From Actinomycetota bacterium (GTDB lineage Bacteria; Actinomycetota; AC-67): a DNA stretch of 57,397 nucleotides. Positions 18,008 to 26,699 of this stretch are shown piece after piece. The DNA lies in NCBI GenBank assembly GCA_035249485.1, contig DATFGK010000110.1:1-57397 (forward strand), read 5' to 3'. Positions within the stretch are counted from its first letter, which is position 1. Every line of letters begins with the position of its first letter. Made by a program: the position numbers and the translations under genes. The notes under the pieces are model-generated. The model was not told the origin of the DNA, did no database searches, and saw only the letters and a program-made list of their open reading frames with translations.

Positions 18008-18046
18008 GGGTGTGATTCGACTCGCATAACGAGAGGAATCACACCC
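18008..18046. terminator. Hairpin between convergent genes (11-bp outer stem + 4-bp inner stem), candidate bidirectional terminator
   Basis: GGGTGTGATTC (18008..18018) pairs with GAATCACACCC (18036..18046). Inner CTCG/CGAG stem with a CATAA loop. No U-tract. Confidence 0.4.
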
Positions 18047-18057
18047 GCCGGAGGGGG

Positions 18058-18339
18058 CTATCGCCGCCCGCGTGAGCGTTGCCAGCACGGCAGGTGCCAG
18101 TGCCGGCGGCCCTCCTCGGAGCCTTCGCGCCACGCGACAACATGCTTGGTCCCGACGCGGATCTCCTGATTGCAGCCGGGGCAGCGGTATTCCTTCGTCG
18201 CCGAGGCCGGTTGGATAAGGCGCACCTCCCATCCCTCCGGCGCGGCCGTCACGAGGTCCGGCGCGCGCAGCGGTTCCGGCTCCTCGTCGGAACCGGCTCG
18301 CGCCCGGCGCTTGCGCGGCGGGTAGTTCCGCCGCGGCAC
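18058..18339 (-). CDS. Small conserved-looking Cys/His protein (about 93 aa; CPGC...HWH..C)
   Basis: Proposed GTG at 18339, sharing 1 nt with the TAG of the upstream SDR gene. ...EYRCPGCNQEIRVGTKHVVAWREGSEEGRRHWHLPCW... looks like a zinc-ribbon-like small actinobacterial protein. Start uncertain. Confidence 0.5.
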   Translation of the reverse strand: MPRRNYPPRKRRARAGSDEEPEPLRAPDLVTAAPEGWEVRLIQPASATKEYRCPGCNQEIRVGTKHVVAWREGSEEGRRHWHLPCWQRSRGRR

Positions 18340-19109
18340 TAGATGGCGATCCCGCCGTCGATCTGGATGACGGTCCCCGTCGTGTACAGCGACGCGTCCG
18401 ATGCGAGGTAGATCGCAGCGCCGACGATGTCGCCCGTCTCGCCCCATCGCTGCCCGAGCGGCACGCCCTCGACCGTCTTCTTCGCCACCTCGGGATCGTC
18501 GCGCCACAGGTTCGTGTTGAGCGACGTCTTCACCCAGCCCGGGCAGATCGTGTTGATCCGCACGTTGGCGTGTCCCCACTCGACGGCCAGCGTCTTGCCG
18601 AGGTTGATCACGCCGGCCTTCGCGGCTCCGTAGAAGGAGAGCGTGGGCGACCCTTTGATGCCGGCGACCGACGACACGTTGATGACCGAGCCCGAGCCCC
18701 GCTCGACCATGTGCGCGCCGACCTTCTGGCAGAACAGGAACACGCTCTTGAGGTTCAACGCGATGCCCTTGTCCCAGCCTTCCTCGCGAGTCGTGAGCAG
18801 CGGCGCCATGAAGCGCGAACCGCCGGCGTTGTTCACGAGGATGTCGATGCCGCCGAGCCGGCCCAGAGCCGAGTCGACGCACCGCGTGACGTCGTCGGTC
18901 TTGGTCACGTCGCAGGTGATCGGCACACCCACGCGGCCCGTCGCCTCGATCTTCCCGGCGAGCTCCTCGAGCTCCGTCGTCGTCCGGGCCGTCACGGCCA
19001 CGTCGGCCCCGGCCTCGGCGAACGCGAGCGAAATCGCCGCGCCGATCCCACGCGACGCCCCGGTGACGAGCGCGCGCTTGCCTTCGAGCGAGAAGATCTC
19101 GGTGCCCAT
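18339..19109 (-). CDS. SDR-family oxidoreductase (FabG / acetoacetyl-CoA-reductase-like)
   Basis: 256 aa. ...KRALVTGASRGIG...NNAG...NVSSVAG...FYGAAKAG... Confidence 0.9.
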   Translation of the reverse strand: MGTEIFSLEGKRALVTGASRGIGAAISLAFAEAGADVAVTARTTTELEELAGKIEATGRVGVPITCDVTKTDDVTRCVDSALGRLGGIDILVNNAGGSRFMAPLLTTREEGWDKGIALNLKSVFLFCQKVGAHMVERGSGSVINVSSVAGIKGSPTLSFYGAAKAGVINLGKTLAVEWGHANVRINTICPGWVKTSLNTNLWRDDPEVAKKTVEGVPLGQRWGETGDIVGAAIYLASDASLYTTGTVIQIDGGIAI

Positions 19110-19117
19110 GGCTCCCC

Positions 19118-20887
19118 CTAGTAGGTGTAGAACCCGCGGCCCGCCTTGCGGCCGAGGTATCCCGCGTGCACGAGATGCTCGAGCAGCGGCGCCGGCGCAT
19201 AGCCCGGCTCGCGGAACTCGCCGTACAGCGAGTTGATGATCTGCAGCGAGACGTCGAGCCCCACGATGTCGAGCAAAGCGAACGGACCCATCGGGTGTCC
19301 GCAGCCCAGCTTCATCGCGTTGTCGATGTCTTCGGCGGCGGCGTAGCCGGACTCGAGCATGGTCACCGCGTCATTGAGGTACGGGAACAGCAGTGCGTTG
19401 ACGATGAACCCGGCTCGGTCGGGGCAGACGACGCAGTGCTTGCCCATCTTCGCCCCGGCCGCGAACACCGCGTCGGCAGTCTCGTCGCTCGTGCGAACGG
19501 TGCGGACGACCTCGACGAGCTTCATCACCTGCGCCGGGTTGAAGAAGTGCATCCCGACGACCTGCTCGGGGCGCTTCGTCGCCGCGGCGAGCGAGACCAC
19601 CGGCAGCGACGACGTGGTCGACGCGAGGATCGCGTGCGCCGGCGCGACCGCGTCGAGCTCCGCGAAGTGCTCGAGCTTGACGTCCAGTTCCTCGGCGATC
19701 GCCTCGATGATGAGATCGCAGTCGGAGAAGTTTTCCATCTCCGTCGTCGTCTCGAGCAACGCGCGCGTCGCGTCGAGCTTCTCCTGCGTCATCTTCCCTC
19801 GCTCGACCGCCTTGACGAGCGACTTTTCGACCTTGGCGGCCGACTCGCTGGCGCGCTGCTTCGAACGCGCGCGGAGCACGACCTTGTACCCGGCCTTGGC
19901 CGCCACTTCGGCGATGCCGTTGGCCATCGTGCCCGAGCCCAGGACACCGATCTTCTTGATGTGCGCGCCGGCGGTCTCGGGGACGTTCCGCCGGTGGTGG
20001 CCCGATTCCTTGAGTTGCGGGGACGCGGGCTCCTCGTACTCATAGACCCCGCGCCCGGCTTTCCGGCCGAGGAAACCGGCCGTGACGAGCTGCTTGATCA
20101 ACGGCGCCGGCGCGTACAGGGTTTCGCGGAACTGCCGGTACATCGCGTCGAGGATCTCGTAGGTCGAGTCGAGGCCGATCAGGTCGAGAAGTGCAAGCGG
20201 GCCCATCGGATGGCCGCACCCGAACTGCATCGCGGCGTCGATGTCCTCGCGCGTGGCGAACCCGGACTCGAGCATGCGGGCCGCGTTGTTGAGGTACGGG
20301 AAGAGGAGCAGGTTCGCGATGAAGCCGGCGCGGTCCTGGCACACGACGGGGCTCTTGCCGAGCGTCCCGGCCACCGACTTAGACGTCTCGAGCACCTCGG
20401 GATCGGTGACGACCGTCTTTACGAGCTCGACCAGACCCATGACGGGCGCCGGGTTGAAGAAGTGGAACCCGACGACGCGGCTCGGACGCCCGGTCTGGAC
20501 GGCCATCTCGATGACGGGCAGTGACGACGTGTTGGTTGCGAGGATCGCGTGCGCGGGAAGCATCGCGTCGAGATCTTTGAAGAGCTGCTGCTTGAGCTCG
20601 AGGATCTCCGGGATCGCCTCGATGACCAGATCCGATTCCTTCAAGCCCTCGAGGGTCGTCGAGCCCGAGATCCTGCCCAAGGCTGCGTCGCGATCCTCCG
20701 CAGGCAGCTTCCCCTTGTCGACCGCGCGGTCCATCGAATGACGGATCCGCGCGAGCCCCGCTTCGACGGCTTCGTCGTCGACCTCGCGGAACACGACCGT
20801 GTAGCCGGCGCGGGCGCAGACCTCGCTGATCCCGGAACCCATGGTCCCGCAACCGACGACGCCGATCGTTGCGATCTGTTCGCTCAT
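19118..20887 (-). CDS. Tandem-fused double 3-hydroxyacyl/3-hydroxybutyryl-CoA dehydrogenase (two complete Hbd units)
   Basis: ATG at 20887 with a GGAGGAGA SD. Unit 1: IGVVGCGTMGSGI...NTSSLP...GFHFFNPAPVM.LVE...GHPMGP. Unit 2: IGVLGSGTMANGI...TTSSLP...GMHFFNPAQVMKLVE...GHPMGP. Confidence 0.9.
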   Translation of the reverse strand: MSEQIATIGVVGCGTMGSGISEVCARAGYTVVFREVDDEAVEAGLARIRHSMDRAVDKGKLPAEDRDAALGRISGSTTLEGLKESDLVIEAIPEILELKQQLFKDLDAMLPAHAILATNTSSLPVIEMAVQTGRPSRVVGFHFFNPAPVMGLVELVKTVVTDPEVLETSKSVAGTLGKSPVVCQDRAGFIANLLLFPYLNNAARMLESGFATREDIDAAMQFGCGHPMGPLALLDLIGLDSTYEILDAMYRQFRETLYAPAPLIKQLVTAGFLGRKAGRGVYEYEEPASPQLKESGHHRRNVPETAGAHIKKIGVLGSGTMANGIAEVAAKAGYKVVLRARSKQRASESAAKVEKSLVKAVERGKMTQEKLDATRALLETTTEMENFSDCDLIIEAIAEELDVKLEHFAELDAVAPAHAILASTTSSLPVVSLAAATKRPEQVVGMHFFNPAQVMKLVEVVRTVRTSDETADAVFAAGAKMGKHCVVCPDRAGFIVNALLFPYLNDAVTMLESGYAAAEDIDNAMKLGCGHPMGPFALLDIVGLDVSLQIINSLYGEFREPGYAPAPLLEHLVHAGYLGRKAGRGFYTY

Positions 20888-20987
20888 CTCTCCTCCGGTC
20901 TCAAGGAAGCGTTCTACGAGGGGGCGCCTAGTTTCGCACCCGCCCGACGACGGCCTCAAACCGCACGTTCGCTACCATGGGAGCGCG

Positions 20988-22970
20988 ATGCCGGTGAATC
21001 ACCCGAAAGACGACCCCTGGCTGTTCCGCACCTACGCGGGTCACACGAGCGCGCGGGCGTCGAACGAGCTCTACAAGCGGAACCTCGCCAAGGGGCAGAC
21101 GGGCTTGTCGGTCGCGTTCGACCTTCCCACCCAGACCGGCTACGAGGCGGACCATCCGATGGCGGCCGGCGAGGTCGGCAAGGTCGGCGTCCCGATCGGT
21201 CACCTCGGCGACATGCGGGCCCTGCTCGACGGCATCCCGCTCGAGAAGATGAATACCTCGATGACGATCAACGCCACCGCGATGTGGCTGCTGGCGATGT
21301 ACGTCGCCGTCGCCGACGAGCAGGGAGCGCCGCGCGCCTCGCTCCAGGGCACGACGCAGAACGACATCCTCAAGGAGTACCTGTCGCGGGGGACCTACAT
21401 CTTCCCGCCGGGCCCGTCGATCCGGCTTATCACCGACATGATCACCTTCTGCGCCGACGAGGTGCCGAAGTGGAACCCCATCAATGTGTGCTCGTACCAC
21501 CTGCAGGAGGCCGGCGCGACCCCCGTTCAGGAGGTCGCGTTCACGCTCGCGAACGCGGTGGCCGTGCTCGACGCGGTGAAGGCGACGGGGCGCGTCCCCG
21601 AGGCGCAGTTCGCCGCGGTCGTGGGCCGGATCTCGTTCTTCTGCAACGCCGGGCTGCGTTTCATCGAGGAGACCTCGAAGATGCGCGCCTTCACCGAGCT
21701 GTGGGACCGGCTCACGCGCGAACGTTACGGCGTCGAAGATCCGAAGTTCCGGCGGTTCCGCTACGGCGTCCAGGTCAACTCGCTCGGGCTCGCCGCTTTG
21801 CAGCCGGAGAACAACGTGTACCGCATCATGCTCGAGGCGCTCGCCGTCACGCTCTCCAAGGACGCCCGGGCACGCGCGCTCCAGCTCCCGGCGTGGAACG
21901 AAGCGCTCGGCCTGCCGCGCCCATGGGATCAGCAGTGGTCGCTGCGGCTGCAGCAGATCCTCGCGCTCGAAACCGATCTCCTCGAGTACGAGGACATCTT
22001 CCGCGGGAGCGAGGTCGTCGAAGCGAAGACGAGGGAGATCGCGGCGGGTGCCTGGGAGGAGATGAACAAGGTACTCGGCATGGGCGGCGCCGTTGAGGCG
22101 ATCGACTATATGAAGTCGGAGCTCGTCGGGTCGCTCGCGACGCGCCAACGCGCCATCGAGGCAGGCGAGATCACCGTGGTGGGGGTGAACCGCTACACGG
22201 CGACCGAATCGTCGCCGCTCGACACCGAGGAAGCGCGGTTCGAGAAGCTCGACCCCGACGCGGAGAAGCGCCAGATCGCGAGCGTCGAGGAATACCGCGA
22301 CTCGCGCGACGACGGGGTTGCCGCGAAGGCGCTCGACGCGTTGCGTGCCGCGGCGCGCGGCGACGAGAACCTCGTCCCGGTTTCGATCGAGGCCGCACGG
22401 GCCGGCGCGACGACGGGGGAGTGGGCCGACGCCCTCCGCGAGGTGTTCGGAGAGTTCCGCGCGCCGACCGGCGTCGGGCAGGCCGTGCTTGCGGCCAACG
22501 CGCACGAGGCGCTGAAGCAGGTGCGCGCCAAGGTCGCCGGGGTGGCGGAACGGATCGGCGTGGGAAAGCTCCGCATGCTCGTCGGGAAGCCCGGCCTCGA
22601 CGGCCACTCGAACGGCGCCGAGCAGGTCGCCGTGCGGGCTCGAGACGCGGGGTTCGAGGTCGTCTACCAAGGGATCAGGTTGTCGCCCGAGGCGATCGCT
22701 CGGGCCGCGGCCGAGGAGGATGTGCACGTCGTCGGTCTGTCGATCCTCTCGGGCGGGCACGCGATGCTCGTCCCCGACGTCCTCGACCGGATGCGCGCGC
22801 ACGGCGTCGACCCGGCGAAGGTCCCGGTCGTGGTCGGCGGGATCATCCCCGAGTCCGACGCGGAGAAGCTCCGCGAGGCCGGTGTGGCAGCGGTCTATAC
22901 TCCCCGTGACTTCGACCTGACCCACCTGATGGGCGAAGTGGCCGAGGTCGTTGAACGAGCGAATGCCTGA
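20988..22970 (+). CDS. meaA: Coenzyme-B12-dependent acyl-CoA mutase, fused large + B12-binding domains; MeaA/ethylmalonyl-CoA-mutase-like
   Basis: ATG at 20988. ...DPWLFRTYAGHTSARASNELYKRNLAKGQTGLSVAFDLPTQTGY..DH....GEVGKVGVPI.HLGDMR.L.DGIPL..MNTSMTINATAMWLL... The C-terminal LDGHSNGAEQVAVRARDAGFEVVYQG is the DxHxxG B12 motif. Confidence 0.8.
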   Translation: MPVNHPKDDPWLFRTYAGHTSARASNELYKRNLAKGQTGLSVAFDLPTQTGYEADHPMAAGEVGKVGVPIGHLGDMRALLDGIPLEKMNTSMTINATAMWLLAMYVAVADEQGAPRASLQGTTQNDILKEYLSRGTYIFPPGPSIRLITDMITFCADEVPKWNPINVCSYHLQEAGATPVQEVAFTLANAVAVLDAVKATGRVPEAQFAAVVGRISFFCNAGLRFIEETSKMRAFTELWDRLTRERYGVEDPKFRRFRYGVQVNSLGLAALQPENNVYRIMLEALAVTLSKDARARALQLPAWNEALGLPRPWDQQWSLRLQQILALETDLLEYEDIFRGSEVVEAKTREIAAGAWEEMNKVLGMGGAVEAIDYMKSELVGSLATRQRAIEAGEITVVGVNRYTATESSPLDTEEARFEKLDPDAEKRQIASVEEYRDSRDDGVAAKALDALRAAARGDENLVPVSIEAARAGATTGEWADALREVFGEFRAPTGVGQAVLAANAHEALKQVRAKVAGVAERIGVGKLRMLVGKPGLDGHSNGAEQVAVRARDAGFEVVYQGIRLSPEAIARAAAEEDVHVVGLSILSGGHAMLVPDVLDRMRAHGVDPAKVPVVVGGIIPESDAEKLREAGVAAVYTPRDFDLTHLMGEVAEVVERANA

Positions 22971-23066
22971 TCGTCGGCCCATCCAGGGCTGGAGTGGGGC
23001 CTTGCCAACGTGGGGGATAATGGTACGGCCCAGCCACGCCGATCGGAACCGCTCGGAAGGAGTCTG

Positions 23067-23972
23067 ATGGATCAGGCGGGAGAGCTCGACGTCTCGGTCA
23101 TCCTGCCCGTGTACAACGAGAAAGGGCATCTGGCGGAAGAGGTGCGCCGCATCCGTGCGGCGCTCGACGCCTCGTCCTACTCCTACGAGATCATCGTCGT
23201 CGACGACGGCTCGACGGACGGGTCCGGAGAAGCGCTGGCTTCCATCGAGGGCATCCGCCTCATCCGGTTCTCTCATAACCGCGGCACCGGATCCGCGCGC
23301 AAAGCCGGGACGCGGGCCGCGCGCGGCCAGCTCGTCGTTTGGACGGACGTCGACATGACCTATCCCAACGACGAGATCCCCCGACTGGTGAAGGAGGCGG
23401 AGGGCTACGACCAGGTCGTCGGGGCGAGGACGTCCGAGCAAGGAACGGCGAAACTCGTGCGGATGCCTGCGAAGTGGTTCATCCGCAAGCTTGCGAGCTA
23501 TCTGGTGCGAACGCCGATCCCGGATCTGAACTCCGGCCTCAGGGTCTTCCGCCGCGATGTTGCTCTTCAGTACCTGCATCTGTTGCCCCGCGGGTTCTCC
23601 TGCGTGTCGACGATCACGTTGACGTTCCTGTCGAACGGGTACTCCGTTCGCTACATGCCGATCGACTACTTCCCGCGAGCCGGCCGCTCGAAGTTCCACT
23701 GGTGGTCCGATACGCGGGAATACCTCACGCAGGTCGTCCGCATGGTTCTGTCTTACGACCCGCTCCGTGTCTTCCTTCCGATAGGGCTGGTGCTGACGCT
23801 GACGGGTTTGGGGAAGTTCACGTACGACTGGGCGACCAAGGACTTCCGTATCACCACCAACACGCTGCTTCTGTTCTTCGCTGCCTTCCAGGTCTTTGCG
23901 ATCGGCCTGCTTGCGGATCTGGTCGTGCGCATCAACCGTCCGCAGAGCGAAGTCGATCCCGCTTCGCACTAG
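23067..23972 (+). CDS. GT2 polyprenyl-phosphate glycosyltransferase (GtrB-like, C-terminal TM helices)
   Basis: ATG at 23067 after GGAAGGAG. VSVILPVYNE...VVDDGSTDGS...TDVDMTYP. C-terminal helices LRVFLPIGLVLTLTGLG and LLLFFAAFQVFAIGLLADLV. Confidence 0.85.
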   Translation: MDQAGELDVSVILPVYNEKGHLAEEVRRIRAALDASSYSYEIIVVDDGSTDGSGEALASIEGIRLIRFSHNRGTGSARKAGTRAARGQLVVWTDVDMTYPNDEIPRLVKEAEGYDQVVGARTSEQGTAKLVRMPAKWFIRKLASYLVRTPIPDLNSGLRVFRRDVALQYLHLLPRGFSCVSTITLTFLSNGYSVRYMPIDYFPRAGRSKFHWWSDTREYLTQVVRMVLSYDPLRVFLPIGLVLTLTGLGKFTYDWATKDFRITTNTLLLFFAAFQVFAIGLLADLVVRINRPQSEVDPASH

Positions 23973-23982
23973 CGGGCGATCG

Positions 23983-25077
23983 ATGGTCTTCGTACTTTTC
24001 GGGACGTATGAGAGCGGCCGGCAACCGCGCATGGCCGTGCTCAGGGAAGGACTCGAAGCTCAGGGGATCAAGGCCGTGGAGTGCAACGAGCCGCTCGGCA
24101 TCGATACCGGCCGGCGGGTCGAGATGCTTCGCAAGCCCTGGCTTCTTGCGGGGCTCGCCGTGCGCGTCGTAGCCGGGTGGTTCAGGCTGTGGCGCCGTGC
24201 TCGACGCCTGCCACCGCCGTCTGCGGTCGTCGTCGGATACCTGGGCGCGCTCGACGTGCACCTCGCGAGGAGGATCTGGGCGCGTACGTCGATCGTGCTC
24301 GATCAGATGACGTCTTTGCGAGAGACGGCCGAGGATCGCGGCTCCTCGAACCGGACACTGATGAGAGTCCTCTCTGCGTGCGACCGCGCCGCGGTGCGCG
24401 CGGCGGATGTTGTCATGGTCGATACCGACGAGCACCGCGAGCTCCTCCCTGAAGAAGCCCGCTCGCGTGCGATCGTCGCGCCGATAGGCGCGGGTGGGGC
24501 GTGGTTCGAAGCGGCAAGCTCGCCCGAGGAGGAGTCGCTTCGCGTGGTCTTCTACGGTGCGTTCACGCCGCTGCAGGGAGGGCCCGTGATCGGGGAAGCC
24601 ATCGGAATGCTGCACGACAGCGGGGCGCCCTTACGCTTCACGATGATCGGTGACGGACAGGATCACGACCTGACCCGCCGGCTCGCGCGCGACGCCTCGG
24701 CCGTTCGCTGGATCCCCTGGGTGGAGGCGAGCGAGCTACCCCGACTCGTTGCAGCGCACGATGTCTGCCTCGGGATCTTCGGCACGTCACCGAAGGCGTT
24801 GCGAGTGGTCCCTCACAAGGTGGTCGAGGGAGCTGCTGCAGGCTGCGCGGTCGTCACATCGGACACGCCACCACAACGGAGAGCCTTCGGCGAAGCCGCT
24901 CTGTACGTCCGTCCTGGAGACGCGAAGGAGCTGGCGCGTGTCCTGGAGATGCTCGCGAACGATCGCGAGCAACTCCGGGCCATGCGCACGATCGTCCGTC
25001 GGCTGGCGAAGGAGAGGCTGTCGCCTGCAGCGGTTGCCGCGCCGGTTGCGGCCGCGTTCGGATCGCCGCGCGTATGA
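23983..25077 (+). CDS. GT1/GT4-type glycosyltransferase
   Basis: ATG at 23983. The C-terminal half ...VVFYGAF.PLQG......A...L......F.MIGDG...VPHKVVEGAAAGCAVVTSD... has the GT-B donor-binding pattern. Confidence 0.75.
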   Translation: MVFVLFGTYESGRQPRMAVLREGLEAQGIKAVECNEPLGIDTGRRVEMLRKPWLLAGLAVRVVAGWFRLWRRARRLPPPSAVVVGYLGALDVHLARRIWARTSIVLDQMTSLRETAEDRGSSNRTLMRVLSACDRAAVRAADVVMVDTDEHRELLPEEARSRAIVAPIGAGGAWFEAASSPEEESLRVVFYGAFTPLQGGPVIGEAIGMLHDSGAPLRFTMIGDGQDHDLTRRLARDASAVRWIPWVEASELPRLVAAHDVCLGIFGTSPKALRVVPHKVVEGAAAGCAVVTSDTPPQRRAFGEAALYVRPGDAKELARVLEMLANDREQLRAMRTIVRRLAKERLSPAAVAAPVAAAFGSPRV

Positions 25078-25811
25078 GTCTGCCACCGCTGACGTTCAAC
25101 GCCTGGCTCCGCTACCCCCTGATCAAGAGGTTCATCGCCGACGCCGTCCCGCCCCAGGCTTCGATCCTCGAGGTCGGTATGGGACAAGGCGCTCTCGGCG
25201 TTCGTCTCTCGCGGCGGTATCGCTACGTCGGCGTCGAGATGGATCCGGTCTCGCACAACCGCGCCGCCGCGCGGATGGCCCGCTTCGGCCAAGGCCACGC
25301 GCTCCTAGGTGAGGTCTCCGCCATCCCTGAAGGCTCTCGCTTCGACGTTGTGTGTGCCTTCGAAGTTCTGGAGCACATCGAAGACGACGCCGGAGCGCTC
25401 CGGCGGTGGGGGGAATTCATCGAACGGGGTGGTCTGCTCGTGTTGAGCGTTCCGGCCTTTCAAAGGCGCTTCGGACCTGCCGACCGCGCCGCGGGTCACT
25501 TCCGCCGCTACGAACCCAACAGCATCGCCGCCCTTCTGCGTTCAACCGGGTTCACCGACGTCGTCGTCCGGACATACGGCGTGCCGCTCGGATATGTGCT
25601 CGAGTGGGCCCGGAATGTCATCGCCTCGCGCCGCGAGCACTCCGCAAGCCTGGCAGAGTCGACGGCCCGGAGCGGCCGCCATCTCCAGCCCCCGGCGTCA
25701 GCCGGTTTCATAACCGCGTCGATCACCGCGCCGTTCCGTCTCATGCAGCGTCCCTTCCTGGGATCTGGGCGTGGAACCGGGCTTGTCGTCGCGGCTCGCC
25801 GTGATGCGTGA
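25074..25811 (+). CDS. Class I SAM-dependent methyltransferase
   Basis: ATGA overlap with the upstream stop. Motif I ILEVGMGQGAL, then FDVVCAFEVLEHIEDD...ERGGLLVLSVP. Confidence 0.85.
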   Translation: MSLPPLTFNAWLRYPLIKRFIADAVPPQASILEVGMGQGALGVRLSRRYRYVGVEMDPVSHNRAAARMARFGQGHALLGEVSAIPEGSRFDVVCAFEVLEHIEDDAGALRRWGEFIERGGLLVLSVPAFQRRFGPADRAAGHFRRYEPNSIAALLRSTGFTDVVVRTYGVPLGYVLEWARNVIASRREHSASLAESTARSGRHLQPPASAGFITASITAPFRLMQRPFLGSGRGTGLVVAARRDA

Positions 25812-25814
25812 CCG

Positions 25815-26699
25815 ATGCGGAATCGTGTCTGGCCGATCCTGCGCGCCGCTTTCGGGCTCGTCGGCGTAACCTTCCTGGCGCTCGTCTTGGTGCGAACGGT
25901 GCGGCGCCTCGGTGTCGACACGGTTCCGTCGTGGCCGTCCTTCGTTGCTGCGGGGGTGCTTTCGGCCGGCTCGATCATGATCGGCGCACGAGGCTGGGCG
26001 TCCTTGTTCGACGAGGGGTCATCCGACCTGCGGCGCGGTTTCTACGCGTCGCAGCTCGGAAAATACATCCCCGGCGGCATCTGGCAGTCCGTAGCACTCG
26101 TCGGTTCCGCATCCCGGTCCGGGGCGAGCCTGCGCCATTCCACCGTTCGCTTGCCGGTCTATATGGTGACCACGATCGTCGCAGGGGCCACGGTTGGCGC
26201 CGCTCTTTCCATCGTTGGTACGTCGGTTCCATCGGCCGCACGCTGGGGATCACTCGCAGGTTTGGCGACCTTACCCTTGCTCACCAGGCGCTGGATGATG
26301 ACCACGGTCCGGCTCTTCCGGCGCATCTCGAAGCAGCCGACCTCGGAAGAAGACCTGATCCCACCCCGCGGCGCCATCCAGCGTTCCTATCTATTCAACC
26401 TCGGTTCGGTACTTGCCGGTTCTATGGCATTCGCCGTTCTGCTTGGGTCGTTACATACGCGGGTGTCCAGCATCGAAGCCGTTACGGGATTCTGCTTGGC
26501 GTGGATCGCCGGCTTCGTGGCGGTGCCGGTCCCATCCGGGATCGGCGTGCGTGAAGCGATACTCATCGGCCTGTTCGAGTCCGGTATCGAGGGTCCAGTG
26601 GTAACGGCGGCGGTGGCTCAGCGGATCGTCGCTATCGTGGCCGAACTCATCGTCGTGTTGGCTGCGTCCGGCGCCGGGCGAGGCGCCCGTCGATCTTGA
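25815..26699 (+). CDS. UPF0104 / MprF-flippase-domain-like membrane protein (second copy)
   Basis: Polytopic. ...YASQLGKYIPGGIWQSVA... and ...VPVPSGIGVREA.L..L... are typical of the family. Confidence 0.75.
   Translation: MRNRVWPILRAAFGLVGVTFLALVLVRTVRRLGVDTVPSWPSFVAAGVLSAGSIMIGARGWASLFDEGSSDLRRGFYASQLGKYIPGGIWQSVALVGSASRSGASLRHSTVRLPVYMVTTIVAGATVGAALSIVGTSVPSAARWGSLAGLATLPLLTRRWMMTTVRLFRRISKQPTSEEDLIPPRGAIQRSYLFNLGSVLAGSMAFAVLLGSLHTRVSSIEAVTGFCLAWIAGFVAVPVPSGIGVREAILIGLFESGIEGPVVTAAVAQRIVAIVAELIVVLAASGAGRGARRS

Noticed and set aside
18033-18050. A shared ATCACACCC(G)..CCGGAGG string at 18038.. and 36225.., considered as a possible dispersed repeat element
   Set aside because: There are only two copies of a ~9-mer in 57 kb on both strands, which is about what chance predicts. 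No extended similarity surrounds them.
20888-20987. Possible cobalamin riboswitch upstream of the B12-dependent mutase
   Set aside because: The intergenic region is only 100 nt and is shared with the divergent Hbd promoter. I could not find a B12-box-like element or the extended multi-stem structure. It is too short for a cobalamin riboswitch.
23002-23021. TTGCCA ... GATAAT promoter-like hexamers upstream of the GT2 operon
   Set aside because: The spacing between the hexamers is only 8 nt, incompatible with a sigma-70-type -35/-10 pair. They may be chance matches.
20928-24032. A 1034-aa ORF on the minus strand spanning meaA and the following GT2 gene
   Set aside because: It lies antisense to two genes with unmistakable family motifs. 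Its translation is Arg/Asp/Glu/His/Val/Leu-rich with no recognisable domain. This is the typical shadow ORF produced by high GC3 coding sequence on the opposite strand.
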